Counted from the stretch's first letter, positions 28,627-39,236 are shown. The stretch: DNA of 61,323 nt from Theionarchaea archaeon (GCA_018992685.1 JACVGT010000037.1:1-61323); one strand, 5' to 3'. The notes: generated by a model not told the origin, from the letters alone. Numbers and translations are program-made.

Positions 28627-29907
28627 ATGAAACGACTGATTATCGCCACTCTCATCTTGCTGAGCTTCCTGCCAGTACAGGGGGGAAGTAATGTAACACA
28701 GAGGGCAGTGTACCTGCAGAATGGCGTTATTTTAGTCAAATTCATCAATATGGGCGTGGATGCTTACTGGGGCGAAGAAGTGCTCACCAATGCAGCTGAA
28801 GCGTTACCCATTCTCGAGGAATTGATTGGCGTCCCCCTTCCCCCTGCAATTAAGACAGTGGAGGTCTATGGCAAGAGGACCCTGGCAACCCATGAATGGG
28901 TAGTTGGTTATAACGATGGGAACCAGGTGTCCCTGAAGACAGACCATCCTGATCCCACCATTATCTTTCATGAATTGGTTCACTTCTGGACTATCCACTA
29001 CCACATTCCCTGGCCTCTGACAGAAGGATACTGCAACCTGTATGCGGATCTATGCGCCTGGAGAATGGGATATGACAAGGTTACTCTGCCATATGTGGAC
29101 TGGGAGACAGCATATGCCACTCTCAAGGAACTGGAGGAAAAAGCTCCTTTGAATTCTCTGAATTACATGGGAGAGATCCCGGAAATACAGGTCGAGTACT
29201 TCTACCTGGCCAGCACAGTGGTAATGTACCGGTTTTATGAAACAGTGGGAGAGGACAATCTCAAGACTATCAATCAGAGAGTGGCAGAACCGATCCTCAA
29301 TCCCAGTTCAGGAAGTACTCCTCTGGATGATTCCCGGGCTGGATCAGGCATACTTGAGTACATGAGAATTGACAAAGAGGTCACTGGTGTAAACCATGCT
29401 GAAATATTTATACCGGTGGTAGTGGCAGCGTGGAATGATGAGCAGGTAAAAGCATTTGAAAAGGGTATCAGCCGCTATATTGCAGTTTCTGAAGTTCTGA
29501 GAGATTCTGATTTTTCCGAGCAGTTTAAACCAGCAGTAGATGCTCTCCTGCAGGGACAATTTGGGGTTTTTCAGAGTTCAGCAATACAGCTGGTGGAAGA
29601 TTTCTATAAGGAGGAGATCAGAAAAGCTACAGAAACTCCTGAGTATACGATAATCCCTGCAAAAAAGGAAACTGGAATACTTCACAACAAATTGTTCTGG
29701 ATTGGCATAATTACCTTGGTTGTGGGCATTGTTTTACTGATGTATGTCATATCTGGACTTGTTAAAGAAGAGGAAGAATTCGAGTGGGAATCACTCTCAC
29801 ATGAAGAAAGAAAACCATGGATGCCTCCTCGTCCGTTCTCAAAAGAACCTGAAGAACCAGTTGAGGAACGTCCAGAGACTCCAGACCTCAGAGAACTAAC
29901 CAAATAG
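28627..29907 (+). CDS. Secreted, C-terminally anchored zinc metallopeptidase (clan MA/gluzincin-like)
   Basis: Signal peptide; HELVHFW followed by WPLTEGYC (third-ligand Glu); C-terminal TM and acidic tail. Confidence 0.75.
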   Translation: MKRLIIATLILLSFLPVQGGSNVTQRAVYLQNGVILVKFINMGVDAYWGEEVLTNAAEALPILEELIGVPLPPAIKTVEVYGKRTLATHEWVVGYNDGNQVSLKTDHPDPTIIFHELVHFWTIHYHIPWPLTEGYCNLYADLCAWRMGYDKVTLPYVDWETAYATLKELEEKAPLNSLNYMGEIPEIQVEYFYLASTVVMYRFYETVGEDNLKTINQRVAEPILNPSSGSTPLDDSRAGSGILEYMRIDKEVTGVNHAEIFIPVVVAAWNDEQVKAFEKGISRYIAVSEVLRDSDFSEQFKPAVDALLQGQFGVFQSSAIQLVEDFYKEEIRKATETPEYTIIPAKKETGILHNKLFWIGIITLVVGIVLLMYVISGLVKEEEEFEWESLSHEERKPWMPPRPFSKEPEEPVEERPETPDLRELTK

Positions 29908-30192
29908 AGCTCCCAGTCCTTCCAGCGCTTCTTCTTCTTTGGCCTCTTCTTCCTTCTCTTCTTTCTTTGCTTCTTTCTTCTCCGGAGCCGCAGCAGCTGG
30001 AGCAGCTGCCACAGGAACAGCAGCTGTCTTCATCGCTTCCTTGATGTCTACGCCCTCCAGAGCAGCCATGAGCTGCTTTATCTGTATTTCATCTGGAGTT
30101 CCTCCAGCGGCCTCAATGATCCGTTTCAGATTTTCTTCTGTGACTTCCTTATCAAGGGCATCAAGCATTAACGTTGCATAGATGTACTCCAT
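29896..30192 (-). CDS. rpl12: 50S ribosomal protein L12 (aP1)
   Basis: [10 protein letters not shown], Ala-rich hinge, GLGALFG end. Confidence 0.96.
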   Translation of the reverse strand: MEYIYATLMLDALDKEVTEENLKRIIEAAGGTPDEIQIKQLMAALEGVDIKEAMKTAAVPVAAAPAAAAPEKKEAKKEEKEEEAKEEEALEGLGALFG

Positions 30193-30207
30193 TAAGAACA
30201 CCTCCAC

Positions 30208-31158
30208 TTAGCCAAATAGAGCTCCCAGTCCTCCAAGGGCATCTTCTTCGGCTTTTTCTTTTTCTTCTTCGTTTTTCGATTCTGCTTCTTCTCCTGGTGA
30301 GATGGGCGCCTCGATGGGTTCGCCCCTTGCGAGACTATCAAGGACCCGTGCATGAGCATATCCCTTGGCCAGGAGCTGAGGAACGATTTCTGGTGACATG
30401 ATACAGGCATTCAAAGCCAGTGACCGCGATTGCCTCACTGCCTTCTGGACCAGCAGGGAAACCGTCTGTCCCGTCACAATGCAGGCCTCCACTCCCAGAG
30501 ATACAGCCTGCTGGTATGCCAGACCCAGCTGGGCAGTGATACCTTCTATGTCCACATGCAGGACGGAGGATTCAAACAGACGTCCTTCCTCACAGACACC
30601 AAGAAGGTTCAGGCCCGCACTCATGGGCTCGATTCCCAGCTTCTTGAGGATTTCTGCCTTCTTCTCATCAATTTCCTCCCCTGCCTTGACAAAAACATGA
30701 TCATTCTGGACGATTATTGACCCTTTCTCAATCCGGGCAGGAATCCCTGCACGCTGCAGTTCCCCTACCAGAGGCCCTGGAGGAAACCCTGTGTCTCCTG
30801 CAGATATGACAATCTCCTCAGGGGCAATGTCCCCCGGCCTGGCAGGAGCGGGAGTTCTGCTCTTCTCCAGAAGCATGTTGAGCTTGAATGGGTCAATATC
30901 TGTGCAGATCAGTGATGCACCGCCTTTCAAACACGACGTCAGTGCTTCTACTTCCTGCTTTGATTTCTTCAGAGCAATGGCTATCAGAGTATTCTTGGAC
31001 CCTCGAATCACGACACGGCCCCTGAGATCTTCTCTGATCCGCTGCAGCTGCCGGGCTTTAATACCCTGGAGGTCCACCAATCCCACGATGGGGTGTGAAT
31101 CAATCGCCTTCTTCAGAACCTGAACTTCCTGTTTCTTTCCTGCAGCTACGTGAGCCAT
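30208..31158 (-). CDS. rpl10: 50S ribosomal protein L10 (aP0)
   Basis: KNTLI.IAL, APARPGDIAP, GDTGFPPGP, GLGALFG end. Confidence 0.96.
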   Translation of the reverse strand: MAHVAAGKKQEVQVLKKAIDSHPIVGLVDLQGIKARQLQRIREDLRGRVVIRGSKNTLIAIALKKSKQEVEALTSCLKGGASLICTDIDPFKLNMLLEKSRTPAPARPGDIAPEEIVISAGDTGFPPGPLVGELQRAGIPARIEKGSIIVQNDHVFVKAGEEIDEKKAEILKKLGIEPMSAGLNLLGVCEEGRLFESSVLHVDIEGITAQLGLAYQQAVSLGVEACIVTGQTVSLLVQKAVRQSRSLALNACIMSPEIVPQLLAKGYAHARVLDSLARGEPIEAPISPGEEAESKNEEEKEKAEEDALGGLGALFG

Positions 31159-31788
31159 CTACATCACCCTCACTGGTTTTCCCATAGTTGTCTTCATGTA
31201 GACGGCGCGAATGTTATTCTCCCCCCTGGGGAGAAGGCGTTCAATAGCACTCAAAACAGCGACAGCATTTTCTGTCAGGTCTCCCTCTGACATTTTTTCT
31301 GTTCCCACAAACGAGTGGACGACAGGTTGACCCTTGCTGTCAATAGCCACTGTCTTCTTCAACCGATCAATTATTGGTTCCAGAGGAGCCATGGGAGGGT
31401 GGGGTTTGGGCATCTTGTTCCTTCTTCCCAGCACAGGACCTAGGGTCCGGCCGATGAGTGGCATCAAGTCTGCCTGGGCTAAGAAGAACTCATGGGAATC
31501 AGCTATCTCCTTTGCCTTCTTCTTATTAGTCCCCATGTCCTCAACATCCCCTGTATTATAAACATCAACGTTCAATTTCTTGGCTCTCTGTGCCATGTCC
31601 CCTTCTGCAAAGACACCAATGCGCACTGGTTTCCCCCTCCCCCTGGGAAGGGTAACCTCGCTACGCACTCTGCTCTCTGGCTGTTTAAAATCCAGGTCTT
31701 TGAGAGCAATCGTCATCTCAACAGACTGTTCGAAATTGCGTTGAGTATTCTTTACTTCTTGAACAGCTTTCTTCACTTCTTCTTCCAT
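31159..31788 (-). CDS. rpl1: 50S ribosomal protein L1
   Basis: RNFEQSVE, LGPVLGRRNKMPKP, KTTMGKP. Confidence 0.96.
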   Translation of the reverse strand: MEEEVKKAVQEVKNTQRNFEQSVEMTIALKDLDFKQPESRVRSEVTLPRGRGKPVRIGVFAEGDMAQRAKKLNVDVYNTGDVEDMGTNKKKAKEIADSHEFFLAQADLMPLIGRTLGPVLGRRNKMPKPHPPMAPLEPIIDRLKKTVAIDSKGQPVVHSFVGTEKMSEGDLTENAVAVLSAIERLLPRGENNIRAVYMKTTMGKPVRVM

Positions 31789-31792
31789 AGCA

Positions 31793-32242
31793 TCACAGCT
31801 CCTTCTGGACTTCTCGAGGGTCTCTTCCCTCAACGGTGACACCCATGCTGACACAGGTGCCCATGACTTCTTTCATAGCATTCTCTTCAGTATACGACAA
31901 CATATCGTCCATCTTAATGTGGGCCACCTTTCTCACCTGATCCATGGTGATGTCACCTGCTGGTTCAGATCCAGGAGTCTGGGCTCCCTTTTCCAGTCCC
32001 AGTTCTTTCTTCACCAGAGCAGATACCGGCGGCGTGCCCACCTTTATTTCGAAATTCTTGGTTTCCGGATCAACGATGAGCTTGATGGGTACTTTCATGC
32101 CGTCAAAGGCCGCAGTCTTCTCATTGATAGCTGCAATGACCTGGTTCAAGTTAAGTCCCAGGGGACCCAGGGCAGGCCCCAGTGGAGGACCTGCTGTCGC
32201 TCTTCCTCCGTCCACCAATGCGTCCACAGTCTGCTTTTTCAT
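31793..32242 (-). CDS. rpl11: 50S ribosomal protein L11
   Basis: GGRATAGPPLGPALGPLG, GTCVSMGVTVEG. Confidence 0.97.
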   Translation of the reverse strand: MKKQTVDALVDGGRATAGPPLGPALGPLGLNLNQVIAAINEKTAAFDGMKVPIKLIVDPETKNFEIKVGTPPVSALVKKELGLEKGAQTPGSEPAGDITMDQVRKVAHIKMDDMLSYTEENAMKEVMGTCVSMGVTVEGRDPREVQKEL

Positions 32243-32244
32243 GT

Positions 32245-32691
32245 CTATCCCTTCTTTTGTACAATTCTCACGTAGTCGCCTCTGACCGTTATGGGAATGG
32301 GAACGATGGCCTCAATCAATTCAATAGTCAATTCTTCCTTATCCACATCAATGCGAATAACTTTGGCCCGTTCACCCTTAAAGGGACCTGCTATGAGTTC
32401 CACGATATCTCCTTTCTCAATACCAGTAACTGTAGGCTTAGCTTCTAGAAAGTGCTCAATCTCTGAGAAATTTATTTCACCTTCCAGGATACTTCTCACG
32501 TGCCTGAGACCTTCTATAGCTTCCTCTACAGGTCCCTTGTCTTCCGCCTCTATGAAGAGATACCCTTTTAAAACTTCCGGTGCCAGAATGCTCTGCACTT
32601 CAATGCCGCGACTACGGATCTTGCTCTCCAGCATGCGGGCAACATTTCGTTCCTGGTTCAGTGTTACTTTCAACGCATAGATCATTTCCAT
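32245..32691 (-). CDS. spt5: Transcription elongation factor Spt5 (NusG)
   Basis: QERNVA, KGYLFIEA, KOW motif GDIVELIAGPFKGE. Confidence 0.96.
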   Translation of the reverse strand: MEMIYALKVTLNQERNVARMLESKIRSRGIEVQSILAPEVLKGYLFIEAEDKGPVEEAIEGLRHVRSILEGEINFSEIEHFLEAKPTVTGIEKGDIVELIAGPFKGERAKVIRIDVDKEELTIELIEAIVPIPITVRGDYVRIVQKKG

Positions 32692-32876
32692 CAACCGTAT
32701 AACTTGGAAATTAGCTGTGCAGCAAGCTTTATCAGAAACCCAGCAGCACCAATGACAGCAATGCCCAGTCCGGTGACCTTGGCCACCTGCTGGTACTCCT
32801 TACTGTCGGGTTTTCGGGCCAGCCGCAGTACTCGTGTATAAGTTCCCAGTTTCTCTTTCACATCCATTGAATCCAC
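32691..32876 (-). CDS. secE: Protein translocase SecE/Sec61-gamma
   Basis: RVLRLARKPDSKEY..VAKVTGLG..IG..GFLI. Confidence 0.95.
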   Translation of the reverse strand: MDSMDVKEKLGTYTRVLRLARKPDSKEYQQVAKVTGLGIAVIGAAGFLIKLAAQLISKLYG

Positions 32877-33986
32877 CTATAAGAATTCTATTCCTAGATC
32901 AAGCTTCTTGTATTCTCCCTCTTTCTCCACCATAATGCCTTTCTGAGGTCCCAGAATGTACGGGGAGTTCACTCCTGCCAGAACAACCATCACCCGCATG
33001 GTCCCGTGCAGTTCTTCTTCGATTTGAGCACCCCAGATAATGGTGGCTTCGGGGTTCAGTTCGTTTGAGACCGTCTCCACCACGTGCTCTGCTTCTTCCA
33101 GTTTCAGGTCTGAGGAGCCTGTTATGTTGATCAATGCACCATTGGCTCCTGTAATGTCCACATCGATCAATGGAGAATGCAGAGCATCAGATACCGCTTC
33201 CTCACCTCTGCGTTCAGTGTCTGATTCACCCATGCCGATCATGGCAACTCCACCATCCTTCATGACAGAGCGAACATCAGCAAAGTCCAGGTTGACCAGT
33301 CCAGGCTGCGTTATCAGATCGGTGATGCCTTTTACTGCCCGGATGAGAATATCATCTGCCACTCTGAAGGCTGCTGTAATGGGAAGGCCGGGAGCCATCT
33401 CCAGCAACTTGTCATTCGGTATGACAATGACGGTATCTGAGGCTTTCCTCAAATTCTCCAGGCCACGCTCTGCATTACGCTGTCTTCTCATTCCTTCCAC
33501 CGTGAAGGGTAGGGTAACTATGGAGACCGTGAGGGCACCTATCTTGCGTGCCACCTCTGCAACCACGGGAGATGCCCCGCTGCCTGTGCCTCCGCCCAGC
33601 CCGCAGGTTACGAACACCATGTCTGCTCCTTCAATTGCATCTCTAATCAACCGTTCATCTTCTCTGGCACACTCTTCTGCTATGATCGGGTCATTTCCTG
33701 CCCCCAATCCACCAGTGATAGTCCTGCCAATGAGAAGTTTGGTCTGAGCCGCCTTTTTCAGGAGATCCTGGGCATCTGTATTAACAGATATCTTTTCAGC
33801 TGCCTCTACTCCAACTTCGAAAAGTCGCTGCACTGCATTGCACCCCGCTCCTCCAACGCCAACTACCTTGATCTTGGCCTGGCTTGAACGGAGGATTTCT
33901 TCCAGCTCCTCATCCATGGGGGATGAATAGTGGGCAGCCTCCTCGCGGGAAACACTTTTGACAGCGTGTTCAGCAATTGAGCGCAT
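32877..33986 (-). CDS. ftsZ: Cell division protein FtsZ (FtsZ1)
   Basis: [31 protein letters not shown]. Confidence 0.98.
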   Translation of the reverse strand: MRSIAEHAVKSVSREEAAHYSSPMDEELEEILRSSQAKIKVVGVGGAGCNAVQRLFEVGVEAAEKISVNTDAQDLLKKAAQTKLLIGRTITGGLGAGNDPIIAEECAREDERLIRDAIEGADMVFVTCGLGGGTGSGASPVVAEVARKIGALTVSIVTLPFTVEGMRRQRNAERGLENLRKASDTVIVIPNDKLLEMAPGLPITAAFRVADDILIRAVKGITDLITQPGLVNLDFADVRSVMKDGGVAMIGMGESDTERRGEEAVSDALHSPLIDVDITGANGALINITGSSDLKLEEAEHVVETVSNELNPEATIIWGAQIEEELHGTMRVMVVLAGVNSPYILGPQKGIMVEKEGEYKKLDLGIEFL

Positions 33987-34180
33987 TTTCTCACTCCTGT
34001 AAGGATTACTTATTATGGGGATTGTTAGGTTTATATCTGTGAGCCTTTATAAAGCTTTTTATAAGAGAAAGCTCAGCAAGGGGGAATTGTCAGGGTTGTT
34101 TACCTCATGAAGGTACTATATTTCGGATATAGGTTCAATATGGACAATCATGAGGGAGGTTGTGTTGCAGAGTCTTTCAG

Positions 34181-34254
34181 TGGACTCGGCGGGATTCGAA
34201 CCCACGGCCTCTGCCTTGCGAAGGCAGCGCTCATACCACCTGAGCTACGAGCCC
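34181..34254 (-). tRNA. tRNA-Ala(CGC), CCA not encoded
   Basis: GGGCTCGTAGCTCAGGTGGTATGAGCG-CTGCC-TTCGCAA-GGCAG...GGTTCGAATCC..CGAGTCC-A; G3:U70 pair. Confidence 0.96.
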
Positions 34255-34274
34255 TGCGTCTCTTGCGTGGTCAG

Positions 34275-34283
34275 TATATAAAG
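34275..34283 (-). promoter_or_regulatory. TATA box of tRNA-Ala
   Basis: CTTTATATA on the minus strand about 20-30 nt upstream of the mature 5' end. Confidence 0.6.
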
Positions 34284-34530
34284 AGGTTTGGGTTCACTCT
34301 TCAACGCGCAGGATGTTCTTGCGGTACCGCCAGGTAATCGCTGTCTCACTGCCCAACTGCAGAAGGGCTGCTGCAGGATCAGCCGCATTGTAACCGTTAT
34401 CCCGGTCAATTCAGCGATTTCAGCATCACATACATCCTCCCTCCCCCTCCTGTTTGTGCAGTACGTTCACAGAAAAAACCATCACTTGTGCCACACGAAT
34501 CTTTTTATGGTTCAGATTGGGAAAAGATCC

Positions 34531-35451
34531 ATGGCTGCTATTGAAACCCAGAACCTCACCCGGACTTTCGGTAATCTCACAGCAGTGGAGAACCTTACCA
34601 TGCAGGTGGAACAAGGCGAAGTCCTGGGATTTCTGGGACCAAATGGTGCCGGCAAGACCACAACTGTTCGAATGCTTTCAGGCATCATTAGCCCGACAGC
34701 AGGACGTGCCACAGTGGCTGGACTTGAAATCACTGAATCGGTAGAAGAGATCCATGAACGTATTGGGCTTCTCACAGAAACTCCTGGATTCTATGACCGA
34801 CTGAGCGCACGGGAGAATCTGCTCTATTTTGGACGATTTTATGCAATCGACGCAGAAGAACAGGTTGATACGTACCTGAAACGGTTCGGACTGTGGGAGA
34901 GGCAAACTGACAAGGTGGGAACATTTTCCAAAGGTATGAAACAGCGTCTTGCGTTGGCTCGGACCCTGCTGCACGAACCTGACATACTCTTCCTGGATGA
35001 ACCCACTGCAGGCCTTGATCCCAAGTCTGCCAAAGAAGTGCGTGATCTCATTATGGATCTGAAGAGAATGGGAAGGACTGTTTTCCTCTGCACGCACAAC
35101 CTGGAGGAGGCAGAACTCCTGTGTGATAGAATTGCAGTATTCCAGGCCAGGCTCATAGCTCTGGATACTCCTGAGAATCTGAGGAGCAGCCTGTTCCGCA
35201 GAGAAGTGGTAGTGGAACTTGAATCACTGGATGACACCATCGTCATGGCAGTCCGGAACCTGGACTTTGTGGGAACGGTGAGGAAAGATGAGACATCCTT
35301 GACCCTGGAGCTCCGTGACTTTGATAAGAATCGTCCGGCACTGGTGAGAGCCATTGTGGAGAAGAGCGGGAACATCAAGAGCGTATATGAAAAGAAACAT
35401 TCACTGGAGGACGTTTATCTGGCCCTGACAAGGGAGGAGGAACAACCATGA
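34531..35451 (+). CDS. ABC-2 type transporter ATP-binding protein
   Basis: GPNGAGKTT, FSKGMKQR, LDEPT, THNLEEAE. Start moved to ATG 34531. Confidence 0.95.
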   Translation: MAAIETQNLTRTFGNLTAVENLTMQVEQGEVLGFLGPNGAGKTTTVRMLSGIISPTAGRATVAGLEITESVEEIHERIGLLTETPGFYDRLSARENLLYFGRFYAIDAEEQVDTYLKRFGLWERQTDKVGTFSKGMKQRLALARTLLHEPDILFLDEPTAGLDPKSAKEVRDLIMDLKRMGRTVFLCTHNLEEAELLCDRIAVFQARLIALDTPENLRSSLFRREVVVELESLDDTIVMAVRNLDFVGTVRKDETSLTLELRDFDKNRPALVRAIVEKSGNIKSVYEKKHSLEDVYLALTREEEQP

Positions 35452-36275
35452 GTAGGGGAAATTCGACGCAGAAAAGGATAGCAAATGTCATGAGAAAGGA
35501 GTGGAAAGTCATCTTCAGTGATCTGAATTCCAGTCTGTTTGTTTCGGTTTTGCCTTTTGTCATCATGATCCAGGCCGTCGTGATTCTCTATCTGGTTTCC
35601 CGGTTTGCAGGTCCTGCTGCCCTGCAGAATACAATTCTGAGAGAAGGAATGGAAGCATGGTTACAGACATTCCCCGAAATTGCACAGCTCTCCGCAGCAG
35701 AACAATTTCAGGTATTTTTCGTGGGGCAGATTCCCTATTATTTCCTGTTGATTCCGGCAATGACAGCCGTGAGTTTTGCCACCTTCAGTATTGTTGAGGA
35801 AAAGCAGACCAAGACATTGGAACCACTCCTTGCCACCCCCGTGAGAACGTGGGAATTGCTGCTGGGAAAATCACTGGCAGGACTCCTTCCGTCACTGATA
35901 CTCACCTGGATCGTGACAGGATGCTTTTTGGTTGTGATCACCGCTTTAGGGTGGGGTAATCTGATCCAGTACGTGGTCAATAGGCAGTGGATTATTTCCC
36001 TAGTCATCCTGGTTCCGTTAGTCTCCCTCCTGGCGTTCATGCTGGGCGTAATCGGGTCTTCGCGCTCAAGTGATCCCAAGGGTGCTCAAAATCTGGCGGT
36101 CATCATCGTTCTCCCTGTTGTCGCCATTATCATCATGCAGTTGGTGGGAGCTGCAGTGCTTGTTACGAGCACGCTGCTCTTCTTATGCGGGGGAGCGGCA
36201 ATTCTGGATATTGTGTTGTTGAAGGCAGCTGTAGGCCTTTTCCAGCGAGAATCGATCGTGATCAGGTGGCGCTGA
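35448..36275 (+). CDS. ABC-2 type permease
   Basis: SIVEEKQTKTLEPLLATPV..ELLLGK; about 6 TMs. Confidence 0.9.
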   Translation: MSRGNSTQKRIANVMRKEWKVIFSDLNSSLFVSVLPFVIMIQAVVILYLVSRFAGPAALQNTILREGMEAWLQTFPEIAQLSAAEQFQVFFVGQIPYYFLLIPAMTAVSFATFSIVEEKQTKTLEPLLATPVRTWELLLGKSLAGLLPSLILTWIVTGCFLVVITALGWGNLIQYVVNRQWIISLVILVPLVSLLAFMLGVIGSSRSSDPKGAQNLAVIIVLPVVAIIIMQLVGAAVLVTSTLLFLCGGAAILDIVLLKAAVGLFQRESIVIRWR

Positions 36276-36598
36276 TTGATTTCTGGATTTTTCAGAATGA
36301 TCTCAGGGTTCAATTAATTTGCATGTACCTGGAGATCCTTTGAGGAGGAGCCCTCTTCAAATGGCTATTATCTGTTACTTTTATGGCTTTGCATGAATTG
36401 TATCTGAGTGACTTCGTTTAAAATATAAAGGATATGTTTTTATGAAAAAGAGGATGGAAAAGATTCTTATAGATATAATCAAGAAATGCAACATGATACG
36501 AGGAGATATGAATGAGTCAGTGTTCTCCTTGGAATTGTCAGGGTTCTAGGAAGATAAATGATCTAAATTACTGGGTACAAGAACGAGAGATTATCGCA

Positions 36599-36973
36599 TC
36601 ATTCAAACATGCGGAGGGCTTCCTCTCTGGTTATGTGCTGTCTGTGCTCCTGGTCTTTCCAGAGCTTCCTGAAAAAGTATAGATACTCATAAAAATCGAG
36701 GATATCACGCGTATGGATTATTTCATGATGTTGTATGACTCGTGCTTTTAGGTACAAAGGCATTAATTCGAATATTTTGATATCGTAGTCAAGATGGAGC
36801 GTTTCTCTGTAAATTCTTGATGCATCTGCACCAGGTGCTACGATACATATGTCTGTGTCACTTCTTTCAGTCTCTTCTCCCTTGGCTCTGGAACCGTATA
36901 CCACAACAGCAAGAACTTCGTTTTCTAGGAATTCAAAATCTCTCTTTAGCTTTTCAAGGTCTCTTTTATCCAT
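36599..36973 (-). CDS. Minimal nucleotidyltransferase (MntA-type antitoxin)
   Basis: YGSRAKGEETERSDTDI (GSx10DxD). Confidence 0.92.
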   Translation of the reverse strand: MDKRDLEKLKRDFEFLENEVLAVVVYGSRAKGEETERSDTDICIVAPGADASRIYRETLHLDYDIKIFELMPLYLKARVIQHHEIIHTRDILDFYEYLYFFRKLWKDQEHRQHITREEALRMFE

Positions 36974-37374
36974 TTCTTGACACCTTCAATGAACATTGTG
37001 ATACCAGGCATGATTTCTCCTATACTCTCAAATGCTAGGAGGTCATCTGTGGTATTGTATCTGTGAACAAGCCTATTTCTGAGTCCATTGGCTTCAACCA
37101 ATGACTCAGGACTGCTAAGAGACGTCTGGCCTTTGAGCATCTCAATATTGGCATAGTCGTCTCTTGGGGGAATCCCCAGATCTTTCAACATCATGGCCAC
37201 AATGTCCGTACATGCTTCTGCCACTTCCTGAAATGCCTTGTATGTTGCTAGTTTTGTCTTTTCATCTGTCTCAAATTTCTCAGGAGATATAGCGGTCCAT
37301 TCTCTTATCTCAGTACTCCTCTTTGAGATAAGGTTGATCTTGTCCCGGTATCTTCTTACTCTGTTTTCATCCAT
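36946..37374 (-). CDS. HEPN (DUF86/HepT) RNase toxin
   Basis: GLRNRLVHRY (Rx4HxY); overlaps the MNT gene. Confidence 0.92.
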   Translation of the reverse strand: MDENRVRRYRDKINLISKRSTEIREWTAISPEKFETDEKTKLATYKAFQEVAEACTDIVAMMLKDLGIPPRDDYANIEMLKGQTSLSSPESLVEANGLRNRLVHRYNTTDDLLAFESIGEIMPGITMFIEGVKKWIKETLKS

Positions 37375-37699
37375 TTTTCATCATCCGTATTACTAAAGAT
37401 TACTCGCTTTAGAGTCTCTCTTTACAGACCTTTTCCAACTTTATAAGTATTATCTTTGGCTCATAGACGAAAACTCAGACACTTCCATGACTTTCAAAGC
37501 TTGAATCGTCATGAAATCCTGACTTCCGAGCTCTTGAATGGTACATTTATGAGGTGGATTGACTCTCTTGTGTCTCTTCTAGGGCTCTGGGTCTCATAAG
37601 AATACACAATGCAGCACCAAGAGAGAAAAGGTTATATAAGGCCACGTTCGCTGTTCTTTGAGGTTGTAACCTACCACATAATCTAGGGAGGAATGCGAC

Positions 37700-37984
37700 A
37701 TGGATACAATAAAAACTGTTAAAGACATCGGGTATAGGGTACTCACAGCAAATGAGGATGGATCTCCAAAACAGATTCTCAGATGTTTCGTCAAAGAGGG
37801 TAAATATGGGAAATTCATCTCTCTGGAAAAACACTGGGTTCAGAACATGGATGGAGATAACCTTGACACGAAGTGGGCTCGATGGTCATTTAACGTTCCA
37901 TATGATAAGGAAGAGGCTTTGAAATTGTCTGGATTTATAAGGGAATTGATGGAAGAAGCTGTAAGTACTGAATTCAGTGTGTAA
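37700..37984 (+). CDS. Hypothetical 94-aa protein
   Basis: SD GGAGG, TTATATAA box upstream, normal composition. Confidence 0.7.
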   Translation: MDTIKTVKDIGYRVLTANEDGSPKQILRCFVKEGKYGKFISLEKHWVQNMDGDNLDTKWARWSFNVPYDKEEALKLSGFIRELMEEAVSTEFSV

Positions 37985-38274
37985 TAGCTCCTTATACATT
38001 ATGGCTATTCATTCCATTAATGCCCAGAACAGGAATTCCTTCATAAAAAACAAGAGTGGGTACGGTTGGTAATTCGTAGGGTTATATGAGAATGCTTTCA
38101 TATGAGTGAAATGAAAGATAAAAGGGTGAGGACGACAAATTGCTTTGACAGTTCAGATTTCAGAAAGATAGGCGGAAAAATACGAAGAATGGTGCGAAGA
38201 GAGTGACAAGGAGTAGGTGGAGTTTATTGATGTGGAGCACATTGATGAAGAAAGCATTAAACCCAGGGTACCAG

Positions 38275-38359
38275 TGCGGGGGAAGGGATTTGAACCCTCG
38301 AACTCCTACAAGACTAGGCCCTGAACCTAGCGCCTTTGACCAATCTCGGCAACCCCCGC
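38275..38359 (-). tRNA. tRNA-Leu(CAG), CCA not encoded
   Basis: GCGGGGGTTGCCGAG..GGTCAAAGGCG-CTAGG-TTCAGGG-CCTAG, long variable arm, GGTTCAAATCC..CCCCCGC-A. Confidence 0.96.
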
Positions 38360-38433
38360 ATGGTCACACTCTCTAACTTGACACGCCTTAAAAAAGGTTT
38401 CTATCATCACACAATCCATAACCATTACACCCA

Positions 38434-38643
38434 TTAATCCTCCCGAATCACCCACAGCACATTACTGATACTCACCAGAAGTTCTTTCCCCTTATTGCCT
38501 CTGCTATCCACAATGTCGTGCAACACCAGAACATCACCATCAAACGTCAGCAGCTGACCTGTGAAGACTTCCCCGCCATCCACCATAACAGAAATGTGAT
38601 GTCCTGTGTACTCCTGCAATTTGTCCATCATCAGCTTACTCAT
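38434..38643 (-). CDS. Sm-like (LSm/SmAP) RNA-binding protein
   Basis: ISVMVDGGEVFTGQLLTFDGDVLVLHD (Sm1) and LLVSISNVLWV (Sm2-like). Confidence 0.78.
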   Translation of the reverse strand: MSKLMMDKLQEYTGHHISVMVDGGEVFTGQLLTFDGDVLVLHDIVDSRGNKGKELLVSISNVLWVIRED

Positions 38644-38727
38644 AGTCCAAGTTCTGGAAAAGCATTTATAAACCTTTTTTCACCATGCGAGCAAAACCCA
38701 TTTAAACCTGTGTCAGAAATTCATGAC

Positions 38728-39168
38728 ATGAAGAAATTCGTGAGTGGACTCCTCTTGGGAATTGGTATTGGCCTTCTGGTGTCAGGGCTGCTGGCTGGTA
38801 CTATCGTGACAGACGCCCAGAGTACGTTGACCAAATACGAAACCCATATTGACGATTTCTACTCATTTACCCATTCTTACAGTTTTCAGACCCTTCAGAA
38901 TGTCATGAACCAGACTGTCACCTTCTACACCAACAGTACTGTTGTCAGGGAAACACTTGAGACCCTGGGTATGGGTCAGCTGGGACAGATGCTTCTGGAT
39001 ATTGATGACAGCTTTCAAGAGGTGACAGGATTCTCAGAAGACCTGTACAACGCGAGGTCCACTGTTGAGAAGGGGTCCACCTGGGTGAGCTACATGAGAG
39101 TTATAGGCATACTTCTGATTGCAGCAGGTGCACTCCTGGGGCTTCTGGTCTATTACCGGAATCGTTGA
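38728..39168 (+). CDS. Hypothetical two-TM membrane protein
   Basis: Hydrophobic N- and C-terminal helices around a helical loop. Start moved to ATG 38728. Confidence 0.7.
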   Translation: MKKFVSGLLLGIGIGLLVSGLLAGTIVTDAQSTLTKYETHIDDFYSFTHSYSFQTLQNVMNQTVTFYTNSTVVRETLETLGMGQLGQMLLDIDDSFQEVTGFSEDLYNARSTVEKGSTWVSYMRVIGILLIAAGALLGLLVYYRNR

Positions 39169-39236
39169 ACACGAATCCGGAGGACCGTTGATACCCACGA
39201 ATTAGACAGAAACCAGAAAATCGAATCCAGAGCCCC

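Noticed and set aside
29896-30232. Repeated CCAAATAGAGCTCCCAGTCC at the ends of rpl12 and rpl10
   Set aside because: Encodes the well-known shared GLGALFG stalk C-terminus; not a mobile repeat.
31793-31810. L11 ends early at TGA (possible recoding)
   Set aside because: Read-through sequence is not L11-like and runs out of frame into rpl1; no evidence for Sec or Pyl.
33040-33747. Long antisense ORFs (this one, 7993-8643, 15025-15597, 41282-42025 and others)
   Set aside because: Shadows of well-supported genes on the opposite strand, with no motifs.
34083-36545. 15-bp direct repeat GGAATTGTCAGGGTT at 34083 and 36531 flanking tRNA-Ala and the ABC genes
   Set aside because: About one or two exact 15-mer pairs are expected by chance in 61 kb, and it is not a tRNA-end sequence.
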